From: Candidatus Woesearchaeota archaeon
GTDB lineage: Archaea > Nanobdellota > Nanobdellia > SCGC-AAA011-G17 > JAGVZY01
Direction of reading: 5' to 3'
NCBI GenBank assembly: GCA_018302225.1
Contig: JAGVZY010000007.1
Span: 13,700 to 77,699 of the forward strand
DNA: 64,000 nt
The notes beneath the pieces are model-generated. The model was not told where the DNA came from and searched no databases. It was given only the letters and a program-made list of their open reading frames with translations. The first letter of the stretch is position 1. Each line of letters begins with the position of its first letter. This document shows, one piece after another, positions 8,909 to 18,281 of this stretch. The position numbers and the translations under genes are program-made.

Positions 8909-11110
8909 TTACTCTTGAGGTTGTAAATCTTCATCAACTTTAAGACCTTTTCTTTCTCTAACTTGTCTTACAACTTTATCTTGAAGATCAAATGGTAACT
9001 TCTCAAATACTTGATCAACAACAAAGTAGTTTCCACGACCACCAGTTGCGCTTCTTAAATCATTACTTAATCCAAACATATTTGCAACAGGCATTTTTGC
9101 TTTAACAGTTATGTGCTCTCCTTCTTGATGCATATCTAATAATTGTCCTCTTTTGTTTGAAACTAATTTTGAAATTTCACCCATAAAACTTGCAGGTGCT
9201 TCAATTTGTAAAACTTGTAAAGGTTCGTAAATTACTGCACCACCAGCTAACATAGCTTGTTTTACTGCAGACCTTACAGCAGGTAATACTTGTGCAGGTC
9301 CTCTGTGAATAGCATCCTCATGAAGTTTAGTATCTAAAAGTCTAATTAACATTTTGTTACCTGGTTCTCTTGCTAAAGGACCATTAACAATTACTTGTTC
9401 TATACCTTCTATAACTAATTCTATAACTTCTCCAATGTGTACAACACCTCTTGTATTTTCTACAAATACACATCCATTAATTATGTCTTTAATTTTTCTT
9501 GCTTCTTTTGCGTCCCAACCAAATTCCATAAATTTCTGTGCAATTTCTAATTCATTTTTCTTAGTTACTTTTCCAGATGGGATTTCTCCAGCTTTTATAG
9601 ATTCGTAAATCTCTTCAGGTAAAGGTTCTACTGTGAAATAAAATTTGTTATGTTTATTTGGAGATTTTCCTTCAACTTCAGGTGATGTTTTTGTAACTGA
9701 TTCTCTATAAACAACTATAGGTGGACTTGTTACAATTTCCAAACCTTTTTCACTTTTAATTCTATTTTCAATAACATCTAAATGAAGTTCACCCATACCA
9801 TGCATTAAGTGTTCTCCAGTTTCTTCATTAATTTCAATTGTAATGCTTGGATCTTCTTTGTTAACCTGTCTTAAAACTTCAACTAATTTTGGTAAGTCAC
9901 TTGGTTTTTTAGCTTCAATAGCTTTTGTAACTACAGGTTCAAAAATATGTTTAAGAGCTTCGAAGGGTTCTATTGGATCTGAACTAATTGTTTCTCCAGC
10001 AAATACATCTTTTAATCCCATCAAACCAATTATATTTCCAGCAACTGCTTCTTCAACCATTTCTCTCATTGGTCCTTTGTAAACAACAACTTGCTGAATT
10101 CTTACTCTTCTCTTAGCTTGATTCATATAAAGTTCCATTCCCTGTCTTACTCTTCCAGAGAATAATCTTCCTGCTGCAATTTCTCCAGCATTTCTATCAA
10201 TAGTAATTTTTGTACAAGTAAAAGCAACTGGACCTTCAGAATCACAAGTCATTAATGCCTTTCCTTCAACACTTTCTTTATCACCATGCCAAATTTGTGG
10301 AATTCTATATATTTGAGCAAATTTTGGATTTGGATGATGTATAACAACCATGTCTAAAACAACAGCATGTAATGGTGCCCAGTCTGCTAATTCCTTATAT
10401 TTTTCCATATTAGTTTCATCAGAATAATGTTCAATTACAGTTTTAAAAGAAAGATTATGTTCTTTCATGTATGGAAAACTTAATGCCCATTTATGAACAG
10501 CAGAACCAAATGCAACTCCACCTTTCTGAACATCTACATTCCAAGTATCTTTAAATTCTTTAGGTGTAATAGAAGAAATGAATTTATTAACATCAGTTAT
10601 AATCTTTAAAAATCTTTTTTGCATATCTTCAGGAGTTAATTTAACTTCTCTAATTAACCTATCAACTTTATTTATAAATAGAACAGGTTTTACTCTTTCT
10701 CTAAGTGCTTGTCTTAAAACAGTTTCAGTCTGAGGCATCATACCTTCAACAGCATCTACTAATACAATAGCACCGTCTACAGCCCTCATAGCTCTTGTTA
10801 CATCTCCACCAAAATCAACATGACCAGGAGTATCAATTAAATTAATTAAATATTCATCATTTTTATATTGATGAACCATATTTACATTAGCAGCATCAAT
10901 TGTAATTCCTCTTGCAATTTCATCTTCTCTAAAATCTAAGAAACATTGCTGTCCTGCTAATTGTTTTGAAATCATACCAGCACCAGCCAATAAATTATCT
11001 GAGAATGTAGTTTTACCATGATCAATATGAGCACAAATAGCAATATTTCTAATCTTCTCAGGAGTATTCATAATCCTCTTGATTTTATCAATCATTTTTT
11101 CGTCTGCCAT
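8909..11110 (-). CDS. fusA: translation elongation factor aEF-2
   Basis: AHIDHGKTT G-domain; full EF-2/EF-G domain series, 733 aa. Confidence 0.95.
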   Translation of the reverse strand: MADEKMIDKIKRIMNTPEKIRNIAICAHIDHGKTTFSDNLLAGAGMISKQLAGQQCFLDFREDEIARGITIDAANVNMVHQYKNDEYLINLIDTPGHVDFGGDVTRAMRAVDGAIVLVDAVEGMMPQTETVLRQALRERVKPVLFINKVDRLIREVKLTPEDMQKRFLKIITDVNKFISSITPKEFKDTWNVDVQKGGVAFGSAVHKWALSFPYMKEHNLSFKTVIEHYSDETNMEKYKELADWAPLHAVVLDMVVIHHPNPKFAQIYRIPQIWHGDKESVEGKALMTCDSEGPVAFTCTKITIDRNAGEIAAGRLFSGRVRQGMELYMNQAKRRVRIQQVVVYKGPMREMVEEAVAGNIIGLMGLKDVFAGETISSDPIEPFEALKHIFEPVVTKAIEAKKPSDLPKLVEVLRQVNKEDPSITIEINEETGEHLMHGMGELHLDVIENRIKSEKGLEIVTSPPIVVYRESVTKTSPEVEGKSPNKHNKFYFTVEPLPEEIYESIKAGEIPSGKVTKKNELEIAQKFMEFGWDAKEARKIKDIINGCVFVENTRGVVHIGEVIELVIEGIEQVIVNGPLAREPGNKMLIRLLDTKLHEDAIHRGPAQVLPAVRSAVKQAMLAGGAVIYEPLQVLQIEAPASFMGEISKLVSNKRGQLLDMHQEGEHITVKAKMPVANMFGLSNDLRSATGGRGNYFVVDQVFEKLPFDLQDKVVRQVRERKGLKVDEDLQPQE

Positions 11111-11148
11111 TTTAATTCCTTAATTATTTAAATAAATATTAATTAGAT

Positions 11149-11940
11149 TTATCTTGAACTATCAGCCTGTCTTTCTACTTCTGATTTCTTTGCAATGGCA
11201 TTACTTACAGTATTCATTTGATAAGCTGCAATTAATTCTTCTGCTAAGGCATCTGAAGCTTTTTTCTTTTTCATAAAGGATTTTGCATAAGTTCCTGTAG
11301 CAATATTTCTCAAAGCTAAATCTACTCTTCTTTGAGGTGAACATTCGACAGCTTTTGGATATCTTGCTCCACCGTATTCAATTGCAGTAACTTCTTCTCT
11401 TGGAGCGGAGTTTTCAACTGCCCTAAGTAAAACTTCAATTGGATTTTTTCCAAGCTTCTTCTCAATTTTTTCAAAAGCTTCTTTTACAGTATGAAATAAA
11501 CTTTCTGTTTTTCCTACATTTCTTCCAGAACTATATCTGTGAGATTTACCTTTATGACCAACAACCATTAGTTTGTTAATTAATCTTTCAACAAGGTGCA
11601 TTTTATTTCTCCAGAATTGAGTACTTACATTTCTCCCTTGTGTTTTTGGAATTACTATAGGATTCAAATTAATATATCTCTTTAAACCAGGATCTTTAAC
11701 TTCAAAATTAGATTCCCACAAATTAAATAATTTAATATTTTTATTTGTTAATTTAGGAATTTCTTTAATTTCAATTTTCTGCTCAGGCCTTCTAGGCATA
11801 GATCTGAAATCTCTTCTAAATCTTTGACCCCCTGAACTGCCTGAACTATTTCTATTATAATTATCTCTTCTTTCAAAACTTCTTGGAGCACTATTACTTC
11901 TTTTATCACTATTTCTAGATCTAGAATTATCTCCGCTCAT
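11149..11940 (-). CDS. rps7: 30S ribosomal protein uS7 with about 60-aa R/S/N-rich N-terminal extension
   Basis: Core (KLFNLWESNFEVKDPGLKRYINL ... C-terminal helix) matches archaeal S7. N-terminal low-complexity extension; alternative internal start at Met48. Confidence 0.85.
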   Translation of the reverse strand: MSGDNSRSRNSDKRSNSAPRSFERRDNYNRNSSGSSGGQRFRRDFRSMPRRPEQKIEIKEIPKLTNKNIKLFNLWESNFEVKDPGLKRYINLNPIVIPKTQGRNVSTQFWRNKMHLVERLINKLMVVGHKGKSHRYSSGRNVGKTESLFHTVKEAFEKIEKKLGKNPIEVLLRAVENSAPREEVTAIEYGGARYPKAVECSPQRRVDLALRNIATGTYAKSFMKKKKASDALAEELIAAYQMNTVSNAIAKKSEVERQADSSR

Positions 11941-11941
11941 T

Positions 11942-12379
11942 TTATCTTCTACCCTTCTCTATCTTACCTTTAATTAAAGCATGTAAAGATTGATCATTAA
12001 CTTTTATAACTGCCCATCTAACACCCGGAATATCTCCCTTACTTCTTCCTTGCTTTCCACCAATACATTCTACTATAACTTCATCGTGTTCATCAATCAT
12101 TTTAATAGCACCCATACCTGGTGCAAAAGCAGTAATTTTTTTACCATTTTTTAATAATTGACATTTAACACATTTTCTCATAGCAGAATTTGGTTGTTTA
12201 GCTTCTTTTTGAATTTTTTCAAGAACAATTGCTCTTGCTTGAGAACTTCCTCTTAATGGATCAGCTTTAATTCTTAGTCTTCTAATTCTTCTAATATATG
12301 TCTTATTAAGCCATCTACTTTGATTTCTTCTCTTTTTCAGCTTTTTTGCTGAATATAAGCCTTTACTTTTATTACCCAT
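11942..12379 (-). CDS. rps12: 30S ribosomal protein uS12
   Basis: [13 protein letters not shown]...[15 protein letters not shown] matches the S12/S23 consensus. Confidence 0.9.
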   Translation of the reverse strand: MGNKSKGLYSAKKLKKRRNQSRWLNKTYIRRIRRLRIKADPLRGSSQARAIVLEKIQKEAKQPNSAMRKCVKCQLLKNGKKITAFAPGMGAIKMIDEHDEVIVECIGGKQGRSKGDIPGVRWAVIKVNDQSLHALIKGKIEKGRR

Positions 12380-12783
12380 TTTCTTAATTTTGGGGTTTAA
12401 GTATAGTATTTAAAGCTTTCGCTGTTGGCTGCCAATCTCTGGATTTTATTCAATACTTCAAATTTACTACTAAAATTAACAAAAATTATTCAAAAGCTTT
12501 TTAAATTAGCACACTAAAAAGATTTAAAATTAAAAATTACTTGAAATAGAACTGAAAAAACCGAAATAACTCTTTAAAACAAAAAAACAGAGCATATTTC
12601 CAAAAAAAGTAAAAACTCAAAAATTAACAAATAGTTATAACTTTCTAAATTCTTAAGCAAAAGCTACAACAATAAAAACAAACCTAAGGAAAATCTGGGA
12701 ATAACCAAAAAAAAGAATTTAAAAAATGAAAAGTGATTTATAAAATTCATAAATTTTTAAGCTTTCGGGATTCTCTTTTTATA

Positions 12784-12835
12784 GGGGGCAGTATAAAATT
12801 ACCTAAGTTGCCCGTAATCTTAGGAATCTGCCCCC
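12784..12835. other. GC-rich nested hairpin: GGGGGCAG-N36-CTGCCCCC enclosing CCTAAG/CTTAGG
   Basis: Perfect 8-bp and 6-bp inverted repeats read directly, inside an 800-bp noncoding AT-rich region. Confidence 0.5.
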
Positions 12836-13057
12836 CATTTTTATTCCACTTTTTTTAACTTTTTTTTATTAAATTTGATAATTAAAATTTTAGTTTAATA
12901 ATATTATTATAAATTCATTATAATTCCCCTCGCAGAATTATTAATGAAACCTGGCTTGTAAAATTTTTGATAGTTTATTTTAAACTGTTAAGAAAAACAA
13001 GCCAATCTTTTTGAAATTAACTTTTTAATATATATAAGGATAAGGGGCACATTTATA

Positions 13058-13139
13058 GGCTGCATCCTAAAGAAAGCTTATAGAAATCCTAGGAATAGCA
13101 CCTCCAAAAGATTTTCAATCCAATTGTTGCCATGCAGCC
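13058..13139. other. second hairpin-like element: GGCTGCAT-N66-ATGCAGCC, shares the 12-mer AATC[CT]TAGGAAT with the 12784 element
   Basis: Perfect 8-bp inverted repeat; the shared internal 12-mer is at 13084-13095 versus 12816-12827. Confidence 0.45.
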
Positions 13140-13183
13140 CTTTTTAAAAAATTTTTAATTTAAAAATTAAAAGGAGAAAATCT

Positions 13184-13459
13184 ATGCTCAACAAACTTTT
13201 CTTTAAGATTTTTACTTTTTTAATGGGAATGTTTATTTTATGGAATCTTACAATATTACTCATATGTCTTGCCATAAATCTAAACTCAACAAACACGAAC
13301 GAAGAAAAAGGTTTAGTTTATGGCTTACTCATTGCATGCATCTTTTTGATAATAACCAGTATAATAAACTTAAATAGAATTTTAAAGTTCATATTCCAAA
13401 AATGTATTAATGAAATAAAACAGACCCATCAAACTGAAAATATCAAAGAATTATCCTAA
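13184..13459 (+). CDS. small membrane protein (two TM helices)
   Basis: 91-aa ORF with two hydrophobic helices. Confidence 0.3.
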   Translation: MLNKLFFKIFTFLMGMFILWNLTILLICLAINLNSTNTNEEKGLVYGLLIACIFLIITSIINLNRILKFIFQKCINEIKQTHQTENIKELS

Positions 13460-13695
13460 AGGATTCTTCTATTTTAATACCTTCTAAAACGAAGACGGGT
13501 TCTATTTATCTGAAGTTAACCTTAATCTTTAGTAAATATTATCTCTGCCTTGTTTTTTTTTGAATTTAAATTTAGGGATTGCTCCTTGCATCTTAAAGCA
13601 TGTAACACAACCTTTTCTGATAGTAGATTGAAATCATATGCAGGGGGCTTTCCCGACCAAATAGACTAAAATTTTAAAAAAGAGGTGATTTCCCC

Positions 13696-14025
13696 ATGCC
13701 AAGAAATTTGAATCTTCAAGTTTGTAGTGATACTGATTCAGGAGGCATAAACATTAATAATTTACTTACTCACAAAGTTCTTTATGATCAAATCCAAATC
13801 AGTGGAACAGTAACTGTAGAATGTATTATTCTAATTTCTGATATACCTGAAAAGCTAAATGAAATAGATCTCACCAAAGCAAAAGTTACTTTATTCAAAA
13901 GTTACTTAAGACCTCCACAAATACACGCAACTTGTGAAGATTATAAAGGTAAATTAAGCTGCCTTGATGCATTAAAAACTCTACTTCATCAACCAAACCT
14001 TAGCATTCCACCCCTTAAAATCTAA
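13696..14025 (+). CDS. hypothetical protein
   Basis: 109-aa ORF followed by a hairpin plus T-run. Confidence 0.35.
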   Translation: MPRNLNLQVCSDTDSGGININNLLTHKVLYDQIQISGTVTVECIILISDIPEKLNEIDLTKAKVTLFKSYLRPPQIHATCEDYKGKLSCLDALKTLLHQPNLSIPPLKI

Positions 14026-14032
14026 ATTTAAA

Positions 14033-14057
14033 GGCCATTATTTTGGCCTTTTTTTCT
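14033..14057 (+). terminator. hairpin (GGCCA-ttattt-TGGCC) followed by T7 run
   Basis: Read directly; lies immediately after the ORF 13696-14025 stop. Confidence 0.5.
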
Positions 14058-14064
14058 CTCTCAA

Positions 14065-14146
14065 ATATTAACTATAGTTTATTAAAAATAAACTTAGTTT
14101 AATTTTAAGTTAATAAAAACTTTAAAATTAAACTATAGTTAATATT
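14065..14146. promoter_or_regulatory. 18-bp perfect inverted repeat (AATATTAACTATAGTTTA ... TAAACTATAGTTAATATT) with 46-bp spacer, upstream of tRNA-His/hisS
   Basis: Arms at 14065-14082 and 14129-14146 are exact reverse complements. Confidence 0.45.
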
Positions 14147-14286
14147 CATAGCAAGGTTTAAATACTATTTATAAAACAAAATAAGTATGATAAACTCAAG
14201 AGTTGATTATATTCATTGATGGTCTTTTTCTTAGTTACAAAACTTTTAAAATAAACAACTTATTATCACAATTAAATATAGGAGAT

Positions 14287-14358
14287 GGCGGTGATAGTTC
14301 ATTGGTAGAATGCGGGCCTGTGGAGCCTGGGAGCCGAGTTCGATTCTCGGTCACCGCC
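14287..14358 (+). tRNA. tRNA-His (anticodon GTG) with genomically encoded G-1 pairing C73 (8-bp acceptor stem)
   Basis: Manual fold: G-1 + GCGGTGA/TCACCGC acceptor, U8A9, D stem GTTC/GAAT, anticodon stem CGGGC/GCCTG with loop CTGTGGA, T arm CCGAG-TTCGATT-CTCGG, discriminator C. No encoded CCA. Confidence 0.8.
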
Positions 14359-14366
14359 CTAAAAAT

Positions 14367-15608
14367 ATGATACAAAAACAAAAAGGAACAAGAGATTTTT
14401 ATCCAGAAGAAAAACGTACTCAAAACTATATTTTTGAAATCTGGAAATCAGTTGCAGAATCTTTCGGTTATGAAGAAATAAATGGTCCAACAATGGAGCC
14501 AATAGATTTGTACAAAAAATCCGGTTCTGAAATTCCTGAACAAATTTATACTTTAAAAGATAAATCAGATAATGAATTTGCTCTACGTCCAGAATTAACT
14601 CCAACTATAGCAAGAATGATTTCTCAAAAACAAGGAATTAAAAGACCCATAAAATGGTATGCAATTCCAGATTGTTACAGATACGAAGCACCTCAATCAG
14701 GAAGATTAAGACAATTTGCACAATTTAATTTAGATTTACTTGGAACAGAAACTACAACTTCTGATGCAGAAGTCATCACCGTTTTAGTTGAACTACTAAA
14801 AGCATTTGGATTTACAAAAAATGATGTGTTTGTAAGAATTTCAAATAGAAAGGTCATAGAATCATTCTTAGATTATCTAACAATTTCAAACAAAAAAGAA
14901 ATTGCAAAACTAATTGATAAATACGATAAATTATCTCCAGAAGGATTTCAAGAATCTCTTACAGAATTAATTGGATCTAAAAAAGCACAAGAAATAAGTT
15001 CATTCTTAAAAATAAGAAATATTTCAGATATTAAATTTGATTTTGATGAAAAAGGAAAACAAGGATTAAAGGAATTAAACGAACTATTTACAAAATTAAA
15101 AGCATTCGGAGTTTTAGAATATTGTAGACTTGATTTAAGTATTATGCGTGGATTTGATTATTACACAGGAACAATCTTTGAAGCTTATGATACTAATAAA
15201 AAATTCAGAGCCTTAGCAGGTGGTGGAAGATATGATAATTTAGTTGATTTCTTAGGCGGAGAACCCTGTCCAGGAATAGGATTTGGTATGGGTGATGTTA
15301 TCTTGGAACTATTATTACAATCTAAAAATAAACTTCCACAGTTAAAAAAAGAAATAAAATATTACATTGCGCCTGTTAATGATTTTGTGCTCAATACAGC
15401 AATAGAAATTGCTCAAAAACTAAGAAAATATAACAATGTTGAGCTCGAAGTTACTTCAAGAAAACTTTCTAAACAATTTGAATATGCTTCTGAAATAGGT
15501 GCAGAAAAGATAGTTATTGTTGGTGAAAAAGACTTAGAAAACAAACAAGTAACAATTAGAGATTTAGAAAATGGTAAAGAAGAAAAAGTAAATATAAAAA
15601 ATTTGTGA
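14367..15608 (+). CDS. hisS: histidyl-tRNA synthetase
   Basis: GTRDFYPEE motif, class II motifs 2 and 3 (FRALAGGGRYD), C-terminal anticodon-binding domain. Start moved to ATG 14367 because the ORF-track start at 14310 overlaps the tRNA. Confidence 0.9.
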   Translation: MIQKQKGTRDFYPEEKRTQNYIFEIWKSVAESFGYEEINGPTMEPIDLYKKSGSEIPEQIYTLKDKSDNEFALRPELTPTIARMISQKQGIKRPIKWYAIPDCYRYEAPQSGRLRQFAQFNLDLLGTETTTSDAEVITVLVELLKAFGFTKNDVFVRISNRKVIESFLDYLTISNKKEIAKLIDKYDKLSPEGFQESLTELIGSKKAQEISSFLKIRNISDIKFDFDEKGKQGLKELNELFTKLKAFGVLEYCRLDLSIMRGFDYYTGTIFEAYDTNKKFRALAGGGRYDNLVDFLGGEPCPGIGFGMGDVILELLLQSKNKLPQLKKEIKYYIAPVNDFVLNTAIEIAQKLRKYNNVELEVTSRKLSKQFEYASEIGAEKIVIVGEKDLENKQVTIRDLENGKEEKVNIKNL

Positions 15609-16319
15609 TTAATTCACTCTAATCTCAATCTCACCAAAATGTTCTACTTGTTCAAGATTTATTTTTCGATCATTAGATAAGTGTAGTAAAGGAATAAATG
15701 TAGCAATCTTATCTTCTTTCCTATCACTTTTAACTAAATCAGTAAATACTAATTTCTTTCCACCATCACTAAAGAAACTCATAATCTTATTATAAACATC
15801 TCTCATTATTTTAGTTAAATCTACTTTTCTTTCAGGTATTTTAACTTCGGGGAAATCTAAATCATCTATTCTTCTCAAATATCTTCTTTGATTTACATCT
15901 AAAGCTTTTTCAAGTGCTGCAACTAAATCATTAACATTAACTTTTCTTCTTCTTGGTTGAGGAGTTTTTGGAATAATTGTAACTTTATTATCTTTTAAAT
16001 TTTTCAATTCTATATCATCAAAAGGAATTTCATCATATTCTTCAGGTGGTGCAAACATAGCATCTAACATAGAAATATCTTCTTCAACTAATTTATTGGA
16101 TTTTATTCTTAACAAAATTGCAGAGGCTAATAATACTTTACCAGAAACCATAAAATTTGCTTCTTTTAATTTCTTAATAGTATCTATATATCTTTTAGTT
16201 AAAATAGAAATATCAATATCCCAAGGATTCATCTTTTCAGATTTAATTAATTCATAAATAATTGTCTGCCAAGTAATCTCATCTTGTTGCACTAATAGAT
16301 TAAATATCTCATCTTGCAT
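15609..16319 (-). CDS. scpA: segregation and condensation protein A (ScpA/kleisin)-like
   Basis: N-terminal NPWDIDISILTKRYIDTI...KVLLASAILLRIKS matches the ScpA signature; winged-helix-like C-terminus. Confidence 0.55.
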   Translation of the reverse strand: MQDEIFNLLVQQDEITWQTIIYELIKSEKMNPWDIDISILTKRYIDTIKKLKEANFMVSGKVLLASAILLRIKSNKLVEEDISMLDAMFAPPEEYDEIPFDDIELKNLKDNKVTIIPKTPQPRRRKVNVNDLVAALEKALDVNQRRYLRRIDDLDFPEVKIPERKVDLTKIMRDVYNKIMSFFSDGGKKLVFTDLVKSDRKEDKIATFIPLLHLSNDRKINLEQVEHFGEIEIRVN

Positions 16320-16357
16320 TTTATATATAAATAAAAAAGAAAGAATATAAACCTTAT

Positions 16358-16687
16358 CTATTCAAGGTCTTCTTTTATCTTTTTAAGCTCATCTCTCTTA
16401 GCCTGTAGAGCCAATCTTTTTGCATCTTCTTCAGCTGTTAAAATCTCTAGTTCTGCAATATCTAAATGCTTTTTCTGGAGTTTTTTCTTTTCAGGAAGTT
16501 CAACTGCTACGCTAATTTTCTCTTTAGGAGTTTTAAATTCTGTATATCCACACTTTCCACAAGTTTCCCTATCTTTATGTATTGCTAAATATACTCCAGC
16601 ACCACACTTTGGACAAGTTCTTGCTTTTGCTTTGGATTTTAACCATTTTTTACTTGAAATTTTATTTTTCTTCTTCTTTTTAGTCAT
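16358..16687 (-). CDS. ribosomal protein eS31 (S27ae) zinc-ribbon with about 50-aa K/E-rich C-terminal extension
   Basis: [27 protein letters not shown] matches the S27a C4 zinc ribbon; conserved position after eS24. Confidence 0.7.
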   Translation of the reverse strand: MTKKKKKNKISSKKWLKSKAKARTCPKCGAGVYLAIHKDRETCGKCGYTEFKTPKEKISVAVELPEKKKLQKKHLDIAELEILTAEEDAKRLALQAKRDELKKIKEDLE

Positions 16688-16697
16688 CTTTAATCAC

Positions 16698-17036
16698 TTA
16701 TTTCTTTTCTTCCTTTTTTTCTTCTTTCTTTTCAGTTTTTTTCTCTTCTACTTTAAGACCCATTTTTTTAGCATCCATTTTTTTGTTTGCTATGGATTCA
16801 TATTTATTAAAATCATCTTTACTTCCATAAACATTAACTTTTAAAACAGAGTTATTTTGTCCATTACCTGTTCTTATTTCAGAAATAACAAAATGTTCTT
16901 TATCTACCTTTAAATTTTCAGAAAGCTTTTCTTTTAAATGTTTATAACTTGGTGTAGCCATCTTTGGATGCTCCACACTAAAAGTCAAAACTTTTCTTTT
17001 CAATAATGGAATTTCTTGTGTGTGTATCTGCTTCAT
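16698..17036 (-). CDS. ribosomal protein eS24 with lysine/glutamate-rich tail
   Basis: S24e-like core (LLKRKVLTFSVEHP...ATPS...VISEIRTGNGQN) and conserved neighbourhood. Confidence 0.7.
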   Translation of the reverse strand: MKQIHTQEIPLLKRKVLTFSVEHPKMATPSYKHLKEKLSENLKVDKEHFVISEIRTGNGQNNSVLKVNVYGSKDDFNKYESIANKKMDAKKMGLKVEEKKTEKKEEKKEEKK

Positions 17037-17037
17037 T

Positions 17038-17223
17038 TTACCTAGACTTTATTGCATATTCTCCTTTTACAGTTATTCCAACTTTCTTTGCAATCTCTGA
17101 TTTCTCAGCATTAATAACATTAATTCTTCCTTGCCATGTTTCAGTAAACTGACCTTCTTTACATAAAGGACATATATCTCCTTCAACAAAGATTCTGCAT
17201 TTCTTACAAACTTTTTTCTTCAT
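17038..17223 (-). CDS. spt4: transcription elongation factor Spt4 / RNAP subunit E''
   Basis: CxxC...CxxC zinc ribbon, 61 aa, directly downstream of rpoE'. Confidence 0.75.
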   Translation of the reverse strand: MKKKVCKKCRIFVEGDICPLCKEGQFTETWQGRINVINAEKSEIAKKVGITVKGEYAIKSR

Positions 17224-17227
17224 TTTC

Positions 17228-17800
17228 TTACTTTTCCTTTTCAGTAGTTTTTGTTTTTAATTTTTTTGTTTTTTCTTGATCAATAAATTGTAAACTTCCT
17301 AAAAATGGTTGTCTCATTGTTAAACCAATTTTTGGATTTGCCATATCTTTAAATGAAATTGCAACTATTCTTGCTCTACACATATCTCCAGCTTTTAAAG
17401 TTCTTTTAGAATCTTTTCCAGTTAATACTCCGGTTTTTTGAAAAGTTACAAAATCATCCATAGTTTGTGAAACGTGAATCATTCCATCAATTGCACCCAT
17501 ATCAAAGAAAGCACCAAAATCTGTAATCTCAGTTATCTTTCCAAGTACAACTTCAGAAATTTCTGGTTTAAATGAAATTACTTTAAAATTAGTTGAATAA
17601 TATGCAGCACCATCTCCAGGAATTATTACTCCTTCACCAACTTTAGAAACTTCATTAACACAAACAATTATTCCAAAGTGTTTTGAGATTACACCTTCAT
17701 ATTTTAATTTAAGATTTTCTAGAACTGCCTTTTCAACATCCTCTTGAAATGATTTTGGAGGCACTCTTATGTGACTTTTTAATTCTAATTCATAAAACAT
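17228..17800 (-). CDS. rpoE: DNA-directed RNA polymerase subunit E' (Rpo7) with S1 domain
   Basis: N-terminal Rpb7-like fold plus S1-like beta-barrel segment (VVLGKITEITDFGAFFDMG...GMIHVSQ). Confidence 0.8.
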   Translation of the reverse strand: MFYELELKSHIRVPPKSFQEDVEKAVLENLKLKYEGVISKHFGIIVCVNEVSKVGEGVIIPGDGAAYYSTNFKVISFKPEISEVVLGKITEITDFGAFFDMGAIDGMIHVSQTMDDFVTFQKTGVLTGKDSKRTLKAGDMCRARIVAISFKDMANPKIGLTMRQPFLGSLQFIDQEKTKKLKTKTTEKEK

Positions 17801-17803
17801 TTT

Positions 17804-18181
17804 TTACACCATTTTTACATATTTTTTTTGTCTTAAGGTTAAAACATGTATATCAACTTCTTTTAACCTATTTTTAAGCTCTCTATCTTGGGTTGCAACA
17901 ACAAAGTTATGCTTTACTGCAGCCTCCAAAAGTAAAGTATCAACATTTTTAATGCTTTCTGTTTTTACGACTTTTGCTTTTTTTACCAGCTCTAAACCAA
18001 TTCTAGCAGCTGTTCTATCTCTCATTTTACCAGTCTTAGACACCTTTTCCAGTTCTTTTAATGAAACATCCAAAACATAAAAATCAACCTTTTCTTCAGT
18101 TGCCTTATCTATGCTTTCAAAGATGTCTACTCTAAACTGCCCCGGAATTAACAAAAAATTAGTATCTAGCAGCACTTTCAT
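17804..18181 (-). CDS. PIN-domain protein (conserved partner upstream of rpoE')
   Basis: LDTNFLL N-terminal acidic motif, about 125 aa; conserved archaeal PIN-rpoE'-spt4 arrangement. Confidence 0.65.
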   Translation of the reverse strand: MKVLLDTNFLLIPGQFRVDIFESIDKATEEKVDFYVLDVSLKELEKVSKTGKMRDRTAARIGLELVKKAKVVKTESIKNVDTLLLEAAVKHNFVVATQDRELKNRLKEVDIHVLTLRQKKYVKMV

Positions 18182-18281
18182 CTTATTTATTTAAAAATCG
18201 CAGCCTTATATTTATAAAGATTTTGCTTTAAAATCCCTAAAAAACGACAATATTTTAAACGATGCTTATTAATTTAGATAT

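Noticed and set aside
9354-10082. Short plus-strand ORFs inside fusA; same class: 862-1065, 19640-19954, 35897-36196, 36611-36907, 40555-40776, 41061-41279, 46429-46626, 50173-50391, 51348-51681, 56250-56543, 57339-57527, 59354-59536, 60878-61072, 61655-61855, 62196-62611
   Set aside because: All are antisense or alternate-frame ORFs embedded in long well-supported genes (the last group inside the open frame beginning at 62041).
14310-14366. ORF-track start of hisS at 14310 (and antisense ORFs 14235-14423, 14359-14604)
   Set aside because: These overlap the well-folded tRNA-His. The conserved HisRS N-terminus begins at ATG 14367.
16358-16520. C-terminal 50 aa of eS31 as a separate gene
   Set aside because: There is no stop or start between the zinc ribbon and the K/E-rich tail. 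Treated as an extension.
16632-16844. 70-aa Phe/Leu-rich ORF
   Set aside because: It is the antisense low-complexity translation of the K/E-rich tails of eS24/eS31.
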